Shown in pieces: positions 56,034 to 64,000 of a stretch of 64,000 nucleotides of DNA (positions are counted from its first letter, which is position 1; each line of letters begins with the position of its first letter). Source of the DNA: an uncultured delta proteobacterium. GTDB lineage: Bacteria; Desulfobacterota; Desulfobacteria; Desulfobacterales; UBA2156. The translations under genes and the position numbers were made by a program. Where the stretch lies: positions 38,521 through 102,520 of the forward strand of contig CAVOQY010000004.1 in NCBI GenBank assembly GCA_963698465.1, read 5' to 3'. The notes under the pieces were generated by a model that did not search any database, had not been told where the DNA came from, and was given only the letters and a program-made list of their open reading frames with translations.

Positions 56034-56972
56034 TTACCTTCCGTCTTCTGTCCGTTCCAGATCCGTTTCCTGGGATCCTTTGACCAGGAGCACGCTCGAC
56101 TCTGCCCTCTTGATGACCTCCAGGGAAAAGCTTCCCAGCATCCGGCGATAGAGATCATGCCGGAGGCTCGCCCCCACGACGATGACGGAATCGGATCCCG
56201 CCAGATCCAAGACCGTTTCCACAGGGTTCCTTTTCCGGGGCTCCAAGAGCCGCGGCCGGCGCCCGTGAGCCTTGATCCATTCCATCACCCGGCCCAGCGC
56301 ATCGCGCACCTCCCGGGACGCCGCCTCATCCTGTTCCGGGCTTCTGACCCAAACCAGGTCCAAAGGATCTGCGATGGCGGGGAACAACTCTTTTAAAAGG
56401 GGGAATATCCGTCTGGCGGAAGGAGAAGCATCCGCACACACCCGGTACCGACCCTCCGAGGTCCCCCCGCGAACCACGAGAAAAGAAGCATGCAGGTCCA
56501 AGGCCAAAAGACGCGCCGTATCTCCCAGCACGAACCGGCCCAGACGGCTGCGCCGGGGAATGGAAAGGATCAACAGATCATAATGATTCTCGGTCACCTC
56601 CCGGTTGAGCACTTCGATAAAGCTCCCGTAACGCTCATAAAAAGGAATCGGATTTCCTTCCAACGTATTGCAAACGAAAAGATAGCCGTTGATCCCATAG
56701 CGGACTTGGATGCTGTCCCGGTGTTCCAGGACACCGTATTCGAGCAGATCATTGGCTGCACGAACCAGGACTTGGATCCCCGGCGGCAGGGACTGGATGT
56801 CCTTCAAAGGGCATTCGACCCCGATGGGGGGGGCGTTTTCCTCGGGCGGGGTCTGAGACCTCACCGTCACCACCCCCAGTTCGGCCTTCAAGTGACGCAA
56901 GAGGCCCGCTGCAAAGGCAAGGGCTTTGCTCGAATCCGGCTTCCCGTTCGTGTAAACAAGGATCTTGAGCAT
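56034..56972 (-). CDS. tandem universal-stress-protein-domain protein
   Basis: It has two Usp-like halves. One is MLKILVYTNGKPDSSKALAFA...DLLILSIPRRSRLGRFVLGDTARLLALDLHASFLVV. The other is YRVCADASPSARR...DSVIVVGASLRHDLYRRMLGSFSLEVIKRAESSVLLV. Confidence 0.55.
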   Translation of the reverse strand: MLKILVYTNGKPDSSKALAFAAGLLRHLKAELGVVTVRSQTPPEENAPPIGVECPLKDIQSLPPGIQVLVRAANDLLEYGVLEHRDSIQVRYGINGYLFVCNTLEGNPIPFYERYGSFIEVLNREVTENHYDLLILSIPRRSRLGRFVLGDTARLLALDLHASFLVVRGGTSEGRYRVCADASPSARRIFPLLKELFPAIADPLDLVWVRSPEQDEAASREVRDALGRVMEWIKAHGRRPRLLEPRKRNPVETVLDLAGSDSVIVVGASLRHDLYRRMLGSFSLEVIKRAESSVLLVKGSQETDLERTEDGR

Positions 56973-56975
56973 CTT

Positions 56976-58850
56976 TCAGGTCATCCTTTTGTGGAGTTCG
57001 GTGGTTTTTTCCGAATCCTTTTTAACGATGTGAGGGGCAGGGCAAGTTGCATCGCCGGTCAGCGACCCAAACTCCCGGGGCCAACCCTTTTTCCCCAGGA
57101 TTTCCCAATTCCCCTTCTTCAACTCCGGGCATTCTCTGAAAACGATAACCTTGCATGCGGCGCAGACATCCGGGCGGAAAGACTCCCACATGGCCTGCCG
57201 AATGCCCGATCCCGTCGTATGCCGAAAGTGCGTCTCACCGATCTCTTTGAGGAGTCCGGAATTTTTAAACACCTCGAACACACGACTGTTCACACCGGAA
57301 AAATAGAGTCCGCCGCACCTGCGCCTGACATCGTCTAAAACAATCTCCATGACGTGGACTCCGCTTGCATCCATGACATTGACCTGACGCATCCGGATCA
57401 GCAGGTTCGCCATATCGGGATGATGTCCCAGACGAAACCGGAGCTCTTCCTGCACGTAAGTCGCCGAACCGAAAAAAAGCGACCCTTCGATTTGAACGAT
57501 ATCCATTTGACAGCATTGAGGCCCCACGGCAGAAGGAACCATAACCCCGGTCTTCAAGTCGGGGATAAAAGATTGAATGCGGGGATGGGCGGTCTTGGCC
57601 AAGTGAAGGGCGACCGAGAAGAGCGCACCCACATAGACGGCGAATTCGATATTGACAAACAACGTGGTCAGGAAAGTGACGACCACCACGGAGGCATCGC
57701 CGCGAGTGGCCATCACCGCCCGACGGAGATCCGCCTTTCGGATCATTTCATAAGAAACCACAAGCAGGACGCCGGCCAAAGCGGACAGTGGTAAATGGGA
57801 TGCCAGCGGAGCGGCCAGCAAAATCAGGACCGCCACGGCCACGGCCGAAACGGCGCCGCTGACCGGCGTCCGTCCGCCGGATTTGAAGTTGACGGCGGAA
57901 CGGGTGAAGGATCCGCTTCCGGGATAGCCGCTGAAGAGGGAAGCCGAAACATTGGCAAGCCCCTGACCGATGAACTCCCTGTTCACATTCAACCTTTGAC
58001 GGGTTTGAGCGGCGATGGTCTTGGCGATGGAAACGGCTTCGACGAGACCCAAGATGGCGATGGCAAGGGCCCCGGAAGCGAGGTCGCCCAACTCCCCGCC
58101 GGTGGGCATCGACGGCAGATGGAACGGGGGAAGGCTCCTGGGAACAGTCCCGACCACGGCCACCCCCCGGTTGCCGAGGTCAAACAGAGCCACCGGAATC
58201 CCGACGAAGACCATGGCGATCAGCGTGCCCGGCCATGCCGGACGCACTTTTTTGAAGATCAGGATCATGCCGAGGGTGGCGGCGCCGAGCATCAAGGGGA
58301 TCGGCTGTATCCGGCCGAGGTGGGTCACAACATTCACCAGAGTCTCGTAGAAATGGGGGCTCTTTTTAAGCTCCAGGCCCAGGAGAGCCGGCAGCTGGTT
58401 GAAACCGATCAAAACCGCAGCTCCGGCGCTGAAACCGAGAATCACGGAATGCGAAATGTAGTTGAGCAGGTTTCCAAGCCGCGCCATGCCCATGACCACC
58501 TGAATCAAGCCCACCATCAAGGCCAGCGAAAGGGCCAATTCCACGTAATGGGCGCTGCCAGGCGCCGCCAAGCGCGTCAGGGCACTGAAAACGACCAGGG
58601 AGATGGCCGTGGTGGGGCCGGTGATAAGATGCGCGGAGCTGCCCCACAAGCATCCCACAAGGGTGGGCAGAATCGAGGCATACAGTCCATACTGAACCGG
58701 CAGGCCGGCGATCAGGGCGTAGGCCATGGATTGGGGAACGGCCACAACGGCGACCGTGAGGCCCGAGACCAGATCCGCCTTGAAAAGAAGCCGGTTGTAC
58801 CGATGAATCCACCCCGCGAGGGGCAGCATGCCCTGCCACTGGAGATGCAT
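56976..58850 (-). CDS. SulP-family anion transporter with C-terminal STAS domain and a Cys-containing tail
   Basis: FKADLVSGLTVAVVAVPQSMAYALIAGLP and GLANVSASLFSGYPGSGSFTRSAVN (SulP signature region), then a STAS-like segment (VQIEGSLFFGSATYVQEEL...LYFSGVNSRVFEVFKNSGLLKEIG). Confidence 0.88.
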   Translation of the reverse strand: MHLQWQGMLPLAGWIHRYNRLLFKADLVSGLTVAVVAVPQSMAYALIAGLPVQYGLYASILPTLVGCLWGSSAHLITGPTTAISLVVFSALTRLAAPGSAHYVELALSLALMVGLIQVVMGMARLGNLLNYISHSVILGFSAGAAVLIGFNQLPALLGLELKKSPHFYETLVNVVTHLGRIQPIPLMLGAATLGMILIFKKVRPAWPGTLIAMVFVGIPVALFDLGNRGVAVVGTVPRSLPPFHLPSMPTGGELGDLASGALAIAILGLVEAVSIAKTIAAQTRQRLNVNREFIGQGLANVSASLFSGYPGSGSFTRSAVNFKSGGRTPVSGAVSAVAVAVLILLAAPLASHLPLSALAGVLLVVSYEMIRKADLRRAVMATRGDASVVVVTFLTTLFVNIEFAVYVGALFSVALHLAKTAHPRIQSFIPDLKTGVMVPSAVGPQCCQMDIVQIEGSLFFGSATYVQEELRFRLGHHPDMANLLIRMRQVNVMDASGVHVMEIVLDDVRRRCGGLYFSGVNSRVFEVFKNSGLLKEIGETHFRHTTGSGIRQAMWESFRPDVCAACKVIVFRECPELKKGNWEILGKKGWPREFGSLTGDATCPAPHIVKKDSEKTTELHKRMT

Positions 58851-58915
58851 GGTTTGTGGAGAGATCCCCTTTCGACCCTGGATGGGGGTTTGAAAAAAAA
58901 CCGGGCAGATCCGGA

Positions 58916-59269
58916 TTAATTACCGGACAACCCATCGACATTGTGCCCGGCCTTGTGGTAATTTTCCACAGCCCGGGTCTTCAGATCCGCATCTTTTGCT
59001 TTTTCGGCAAGGGTATCCGCCAGTTCGGCCGCATGGCTCCACATTCCGGATTGCTCATAGTCCCGGATCTGTCTGACGGCCCGTTTCGTTTCTTCCGGGG
59101 TCTCGACCACGACGCCAGCGCACCGGGATATGATTTTTTTCACCCGAATCCCACAGGCCGGGCATCGTACAAGCGGGGCTTCCTTCAGGTCCTGAATGAC
59201 CTCAAACGGAATTCGGCAGCGCAGGCATCCCTCACCCGGTTTCAGTTCCTGGTATTCATAGATCGGCAT
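58916..59269 (-). CDS. FmdB-family zinc-ribbon protein with extended C-terminus
   Basis: MPIYEYQELKPGEGCLRCRIPFEVIQDLKEAPLVRCPACG is the CxxC...CxxC pattern of the FmdB/CxxC_CxxC_SSSS family. The ATG at 59269 is internal to the track ORF. Confidence 0.75.
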   Translation of the reverse strand: MPIYEYQELKPGEGCLRCRIPFEVIQDLKEAPLVRCPACGIRVKKIISRCAGVVVETPEETKRAVRQIRDYEQSGMWSHAAELADTLAEKAKDADLKTRAVENYHKAGHNVDGLSGN

Positions 59270-59534
59270 GGTCGGTTTCCCCCGGCATTCCGGCTGAAAC
59301 CCCCCATGTTCTTGCCGCCGGTTTCGATGCCCAAGCAAGGCCGGAATAGCCGCAGTTTTAATTGGACTATAGCCCAGGGAAACCCTGGGATCAAGGCCCC
59401 TTGCCCACCTTTTCCGGGGGCGCTCAAGGACTCCTTGAGCCTGAATCTCCTTGAAAAATCAAGCCGAACTTGTTACTTTAAATCAGCCGTGAGTGCTGAG
59501 AAGCCCCCTCTATCCCTCGAACCAGGAGCCCGCG

Positions 59535-62500
59535 ATGGTCCAATCCAAGGCGCTCGAAGTCAATCTGGCCGACTACCACGTCGATGTGAAGATGGATGCC
59601 AAATTTCGGCTCATCCTGGAGATCATGGAGCGGTATTTCGGCCTGGCGGAAGGGCTGCACACGTTTTTAAAAGAAATCTCCCATCCATACCGGAATTGGC
59701 AGTTCATCGTCATCGAGGCAAGGACGTACGCCCTCGACTATTTCCATGTTTTCAAGAAGCATCCTAAAGGGGAGCAAGGGGTCTTACTTTTCGTCGAGAT
59801 CTTCCTTGATGCCCTTGGACAGGCCACAGACCCCCGCATCCGGCAAGACGCCGCGGACAATCTGCTCTTGTATTTGCAAAAAATCCTCAGGGAGGCCGAA
59901 ACGGAACGGTCGCGTTTTTTTCCGGTGGTTCAAGACGCGTTCAAAACGATCCGGCACTTGGATGACGAGGCTTTTTTCTTCTTCGTGAAAAGCTTTTATT
60001 CCCTAAAGAAGCATGCGGAACTCTTGCTCCTTTATCCGGAAAATTCGGCAACCGATTTGAAGGAAACCTACCTCCTGCTGCACCGGTGTTTTGAGCGGAC
60101 CTTTGTTTTTTGGCTGAGCGAACCCGACCCGAATACCCGTTTTCAAAAAGAGCTTCAGGAAGACCCGCCCTCAAAAAACCTTTCCCCTCTCTTTGACGGA
60201 ATCTCCCATGAACGCCTCCAAGAGCGTCTCGATCTCCTTATCTCCATTGACGGTCCGGATTTTCCCGGCTTTCGGGAGGGCATCGGGAAATTGTTGGGGC
60301 TGCCCGGGTTTAACCAGATCGTGGACACTTACCGGAACATTCCGACAAAGCTGCAGGAAGCCGGCGCTTCGAGCGGGTGGGGAAAGCGGTGGAAACTGAT
60401 CTTTTTATTTCAAATCATGAATCTGCCGGGGCTTTCCATCATCCATGAAGAAACCCTCCGGGACATCAATCAGACCGTGGGATATCTGATCCAGCACGAA
60501 AAGGGATGGAATCTCGAAAAACTCATCCGCCAGACTTTCGCACTTTTGAAAGACAGCATCCAAAAGTATCCTTCCGCGGCCCTCAACGGCATCTTGAACA
60601 TGGGAAAAGGGGTCTATCAGACCGAATCGTCTGAACTCATCCGGTACTTTGTCGATTCCGTCATCGATCTGGGATTTCAGGCCCCCGGAATCACGGGCGT
60701 GGGAAACGACTGGCAAGTCCACTCCAACAAGGCCCATCTTCTCAATATCCGGACTTGGCTTCAGTTGATCGAACTCAACCCGAAAAGATCGGTCAAGCTG
60801 CTTTCCTGCCTGGTGATCCACATGGCCCTCAGCGGTGTTTTCATCAAGGACACCGATCTTTTTCCCCGGGATGTCACCCGGCTCTTAAACAGCGACATTC
60901 GGCCGGTATACAATCTTGTGAAGCAATTGGCGAGGTTGATGCCGGTTTTTTTCAACGACATCGGCGCGGAAGGGCTCCTCAGGGACATCTCCACGGAAAT
61001 CGATGAACTCTCCCACCGAAAAGATGTCCTGGTGCATTTTTTAAGGAAACAAAGCCATGTGGAAAGCAGCAACCAGATCATCGATTTCATCAAAGCGGTA
61101 TTCGAATTCTGGGCAACCCGAGAAAAAAATTGCCTGAAGCCGTTTCTTCCTCCCAGCATCTTCGAGCAGATCGAGCCCGAAGGACCCTACATCGACGACA
61201 TCAACCGCATCATGGTAGCCCTTGGAAAGGAAGGGATCGCCGCGCCCGAAGATCTCCTCGTCATGGAAGATGACCGGATGGAGGAACTTCTGAAAAAAGT
61301 GCCCCGGGTGACTGACCCAGACCGTCGGCGCATCCGCCTGGCCGTGAACTTCTTCCGCCTGTTAAACCAAAAATACAGCATCAATTTCATCGAATTCAAT
61401 CGCTACCTGTCCCATCTCAACGACGAAGCGCTTCCCGATTTCAACCGTTTGAAGACCGCGCTGGCGGAAGTGAACCTGAAAAAAAAGCTCTTCGGCCTCC
61501 TGGATTATCTCGAAGGGCTCAAGGGGATCATTGTGTCTCCCAAAATCTACGAGGTTAAGGAGGACATCTATAAAAAACGGCACATCACGGTGGACATTCC
61601 TTCCACCTACGGCAGCTACCGAGAGCCGAAATTCGACGCCTTGGGCCTTTCCCTGCGGGTGGAAAGCCTGGTCAACGCGCTTTTTGAAGAAATCATTCAA
61701 CAATTCAACTTCAGCCTCATCACCAAGGCCACTTTCCACCAGATCTACGATGTGCTGCTTCTCTTTGAAAAGGCCCTCAAATTGGACGGCATCTCTTCAC
61801 TGGAAATCGAGCGGCATCTGGACCTTCTCTCCCATTCCCTGGAAGTAAAAGGGTTTACCTTCACCCAGTACCTGGACATCTTCAAGGGGCTTGCCCAGAC
61901 GGTTTCCAATGTCATTCACGATTATTTCAATACCCTATACGATCAGAATCTGACCCTCGTCCTTTCCCGGCTGCCGATGGAACAGATCCTTTCCAAATAC
62001 CTGCCCCGCATCGGGCAGCCGATCCCTGAAAACGTCCGACACCGGGCATCGGAAATCTTTTTTCGGGATCGAATCGCACTATCCCTCGGCCTTCAGCAGC
62101 TGGACCTTTTTCTCAGTCGCATCCTGAACACCTTGTTTCAACAGGCGAACCAGCTGCCCAAAGAAAAGCTGCATCAACTGCTCCTTTACGACCCGGAACG
62201 GGCCATGATGTCCATCAACAAGGCCAAGAGTCGGGTCCTGGGGGTGATTTATTTGGGAAACAAGGGGTTTAACCTGGTCAAACTCCACAATTTCGGCTTT
62301 CCGGTCCCTCCGGGATTCATCGTCACCACCGAGGCCTTCCGTTTCCGGGAGGTCGTGGAAGGGTTTTCGCCGGCAGCCAAAAACTTGAAGGAACAACTCC
62401 GTCTGCAACTCAGGTATTTGCAGCGACTGACAGGAAAAACCTACGGGGATCCGAAAAATCCGCTTCTCCTTTCCGTGAGAAGCGGTTCCTCCATCTCGCA

Positions 62501-63749
62501 GCCCGGAATGATGGACACCTTTTTGGATGTGGGCATGAACGAGGAGATCACGGAAGGCATCGCAAAAAGCTCGAAAAACCCCTGGTTTGCCTGGGACAAC
62601 TATCGGCGTTTCCTGCAGTGTTACGGCATGTCCTTCGGCATGGACCGGGATGACTTCGACGCCATCATTCAAAGCTTTAAGTCTTATCTGGGTATTCCTT
62701 TTAAACGCAATTTCAGCGGAGACCAAATGCGTTCGGTGGCCCTGGCCTACAAGAAATCCATCATGGACATCGGCATTGAAATTGTCGACGACCCGTTCGA
62801 CCAGTTGATGGTGACGATCCAGCGGGTGTTCGATTCCTGGGATTCCCACAAGGCCAAGTCGTATCGAAAAATCCTCGGGATCTCAGATGATTGGGGAACC
62901 GCCGTCACCCTCCAGGCCATGGTTTTCGGGAACTTGTCCGAAAAATCCGGAAGCGGCGTCCTGTTCACTCACAATCCTCGGTGGTCCGGAGAAACGCTGG
63001 GCCTGTGGGGCGATTTTACGACCCAGAATCAAGGCGAGGATGTGGCTCTGGGCCTGGTGAGAACGCTCCCCATTTCCATCCGCCAGCAGGATATGGAGCT
63101 TCGGGACACCGACATCACCCTGGAAACCCATTTTCCGGAAATTTACCAGACCCTGGAGCAATGGGCCAACGATTTGATCTATAAAAAGGGCTGGGGACCC
63201 CAGGAGATCGAATTCACCTTTGAATCCCCCTTTCCGAAGGATCTCTTTCTCTTGCAGGCACGGGACATGTTCGTCCGTGAACGCCAGGAGGTCTTCTCCC
63301 TTGACCTGTCCCAGGTCGCCGAAGAAAGATATCTGGGGCATGGCCTGGGTGCCGGGGGGGGTGCCATGGCGGGGCGTGCAGTCTTCAGTCTGGAGGAGAT
63401 CGACCACTGGAGACATTTGGAACCGGACACCCACCTGATTCTGATCCGTTCCGATACCGTTCCCGACGATATCCGCGAAATTCACGCAGCCGACGGCCTG
63501 CTGACGGCCCGTGGAGGCGTAAGTTCCCACGCTGCCGTGGTGGCTTATCGCCTCGGGAAAACCTGCGTCGTGGGGTGTGATGCCCTGGTCTGTCAAGAAA
63601 AGGAAAAACAGTGCCGATTGAACCGGACCGTCATCCATTCCGGGGATTTCATCAGCATTGACGGCAGGGAGGGTTCCGTATATGAAGGTTTGATCCCTGT
63701 GATGGAAAATGGGTCCGGCTCAAGAGAATCGGATCGGAAAACCGCCTAA
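59535..63749 (+). CDS. 1404-aa protein: unassigned ~890-aa N-terminal region + PPDK-type ATP-grasp (PPDK_N) + phospho-histidine swivel domain; no PEP/pyruvate TIM barrel
   Basis: ATG at 59535 after AGGAG. From about V904 it reads VIYLGNKGFNLVKLHNFGFPVPPGFIVTTEAF, LLLSVRSGSSISQPGMMDTFLDVGMNEE, NPWFAWDNYRRFLQCYG, SWDSHKAKSYRKILGISDDWGTAVTLQAMVFGN, SGSGVLFTHNP, QNQGEDVALGLVRT, and TARGGVSSHAAVVAYRLGKTCVVGC (His codon 63528-63530, His1332). The ORF ends about 70 aa later. Confidence 0.85.
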   Translation: MVQSKALEVNLADYHVDVKMDAKFRLILEIMERYFGLAEGLHTFLKEISHPYRNWQFIVIEARTYALDYFHVFKKHPKGEQGVLLFVEIFLDALGQATDPRIRQDAADNLLLYLQKILREAETERSRFFPVVQDAFKTIRHLDDEAFFFFVKSFYSLKKHAELLLLYPENSATDLKETYLLLHRCFERTFVFWLSEPDPNTRFQKELQEDPPSKNLSPLFDGISHERLQERLDLLISIDGPDFPGFREGIGKLLGLPGFNQIVDTYRNIPTKLQEAGASSGWGKRWKLIFLFQIMNLPGLSIIHEETLRDINQTVGYLIQHEKGWNLEKLIRQTFALLKDSIQKYPSAALNGILNMGKGVYQTESSELIRYFVDSVIDLGFQAPGITGVGNDWQVHSNKAHLLNIRTWLQLIELNPKRSVKLLSCLVIHMALSGVFIKDTDLFPRDVTRLLNSDIRPVYNLVKQLARLMPVFFNDIGAEGLLRDISTEIDELSHRKDVLVHFLRKQSHVESSNQIIDFIKAVFEFWATREKNCLKPFLPPSIFEQIEPEGPYIDDINRIMVALGKEGIAAPEDLLVMEDDRMEELLKKVPRVTDPDRRRIRLAVNFFRLLNQKYSINFIEFNRYLSHLNDEALPDFNRLKTALAEVNLKKKLFGLLDYLEGLKGIIVSPKIYEVKEDIYKKRHITVDIPSTYGSYREPKFDALGLSLRVESLVNALFEEIIQQFNFSLITKATFHQIYDVLLLFEKALKLDGISSLEIERHLDLLSHSLEVKGFTFTQYLDIFKGLAQTVSNVIHDYFNTLYDQNLTLVLSRLPMEQILSKYLPRIGQPIPENVRHRASEIFFRDRIALSLGLQQLDLFLSRILNTLFQQANQLPKEKLHQLLLYDPERAMMSINKAKSRVLGVIYLGNKGFNLVKLHNFGFPVPPGFIVTTEAFRFREVVEGFSPAAKNLKEQLRLQLRYLQRLTGKTYGDPKNPLLLSVRSGSSISQPGMMDTFLDVGMNEEITEGIAKSSKNPWFAWDNYRRFLQCYGMSFGMDRDDFDAIIQSFKSYLGIPFKRNFSGDQMRSVALAYKKSIMDIGIEIVDDPFDQLMVTIQRVFDSWDSHKAKSYRKILGISDDWGTAVTLQAMVFGNLSEKSGSGVLFTHNPRWSGETLGLWGDFTTQNQGEDVALGLVRTLPISIRQQDMELRDTDITLETHFPEIYQTLEQWANDLIYKKGWGPQEIEFTFESPFPKDLFLLQARDMFVRERQEVFSLDLSQVAEERYLGHGLGAGGGAMAGRAVFSLEEIDHWRHLEPDTHLILIRSDTVPDDIREIHAADGLLTARGGVSSHAAVVAYRLGKTCVVGCDALVCQEKEKQCRLNRTVIHSGDFISIDGREGSVYEGLIPVMENGSGSRESDRKTA

Positions 63750-63772
63750 CCATGCAACGAAAAAGGAATGCC

Positions 63773-64000
63773 ATGACCATGGATGAAGGCGATAGGACTC
63801 TGAAACTCGGCATCAACGGCCTCGGAAGAATCGGAAAGCTGACGCTTTGGGATCAGGTGGCCCGCAAACGCTTCAGCGAAATTGTTGTCAATATCGGGAG
63901 ACCGGCCGGAACCTCAATGGAGGACATCGCCCATTACATCGAGCGGGATTCCGCCTATGGAAGGCTTCACACTCGGCTTTACGGTCTGGATTCCAAACCC
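63773..64000 (+). CDS. glyceraldehyde-3-phosphate dehydrogenase-like protein, N-terminal fragment (runs off the right edge)
   Basis: My manual translation from the ATG at 63773 is MTMDEGDRTLKLGINGLGRIGKLTLWDQVARKRFSEIVVNIGRPAGTSMEDIAHYIERDSAYGRLHT..., with the GINGxGRIG NAD-binding motif. It starts 24 nt after the 1404-aa gene. Confidence 0.6.
   Translation, partial: MTMDEGDRTLKLGINGLGRIGKLTLWDQVARKRFSEIVVNIGRPAGTSMEDIAHYIERDSAYGRLHTRLYGLDSKP

Overview
The window is 64 kb of high-GC sequence from an anaerobe. The gene content suggests a Desulfobacterota-like organism with a Wood-Ljungdahl pathway, but that is inference only. (1) 0.8-17.9 kb, minus strand: a complete, tightly overlapped dcw cluster, mraZ-rsmH-ftsL-ftsI-murE-murF-mraY-murD-ftsW-murG-murC-murB-ftsQ-ftsA-ftsZ. 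It has a recognisable promoter and MraZ-box operator, and a B12-type radical SAM gene runs off the left edge. (2) 18-41.5 kb: mixed accessory genes. They include a small duplicated Cys4-module protein, a PNPOx-family protein, an HD hydrolase, a stand-alone IMP cyclohydrolase domain, a tautomerase, a flavodoxin, a nitroreductase and RmuC. A BKACE gene (3-keto-5-aminohexanoate cleavage enzyme family) sits beside a D-lyxose isomerase, AEC transporter and xylulokinase module. There is also a GntR-controlled island (aldo/keto reductase, TctCBA transporter, TIM-barrel isomerase, split transketolase, 2-hydroxyacid dehydrogenase) and a TRAP transporter with a trailing Usp gene. Several of these accessory genes are broken by single-base frame changes, whereas the dcw and CODH/ACS catalytic genes are intact. 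(3) 41.7-55 kb, plus strand: the carbonyl branch of the Wood-Ljungdahl pathway. A CoA-transferase::Pat-type GNAT fusion leads the cluster. It is followed by the corrinoid reductive activator, acsD (with an unusual Ala/Lys/Pro/Glu repeat tail and a frame break), cooS/acsA, acsB, acsC, acsE, a structured 165-nt spacer and a DUF3786-like gene. No cooC/acsF is present in the window. (4) 55-64 kb: AEC, tandem-Usp and SulP genes, an FmdB zinc-ribbon gene, and divergently a 1404-aa protein. Its C-terminal ~500 aa are colinear with the ATP-grasp and phospho-His swivel domains of pyruvate phosphate dikinase. It lacks the PEP/pyruvate TIM barrel and carries an ~890-aa N-terminal region I cannot assign. 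This is my best candidate for an undescribed system. A GAPDH-like gene starts at the right edge. I found no rRNA, tRNA, CRISPR array or obvious IS element. Many long ORFs in the track are antisense shadows typical of high-GC DNA.
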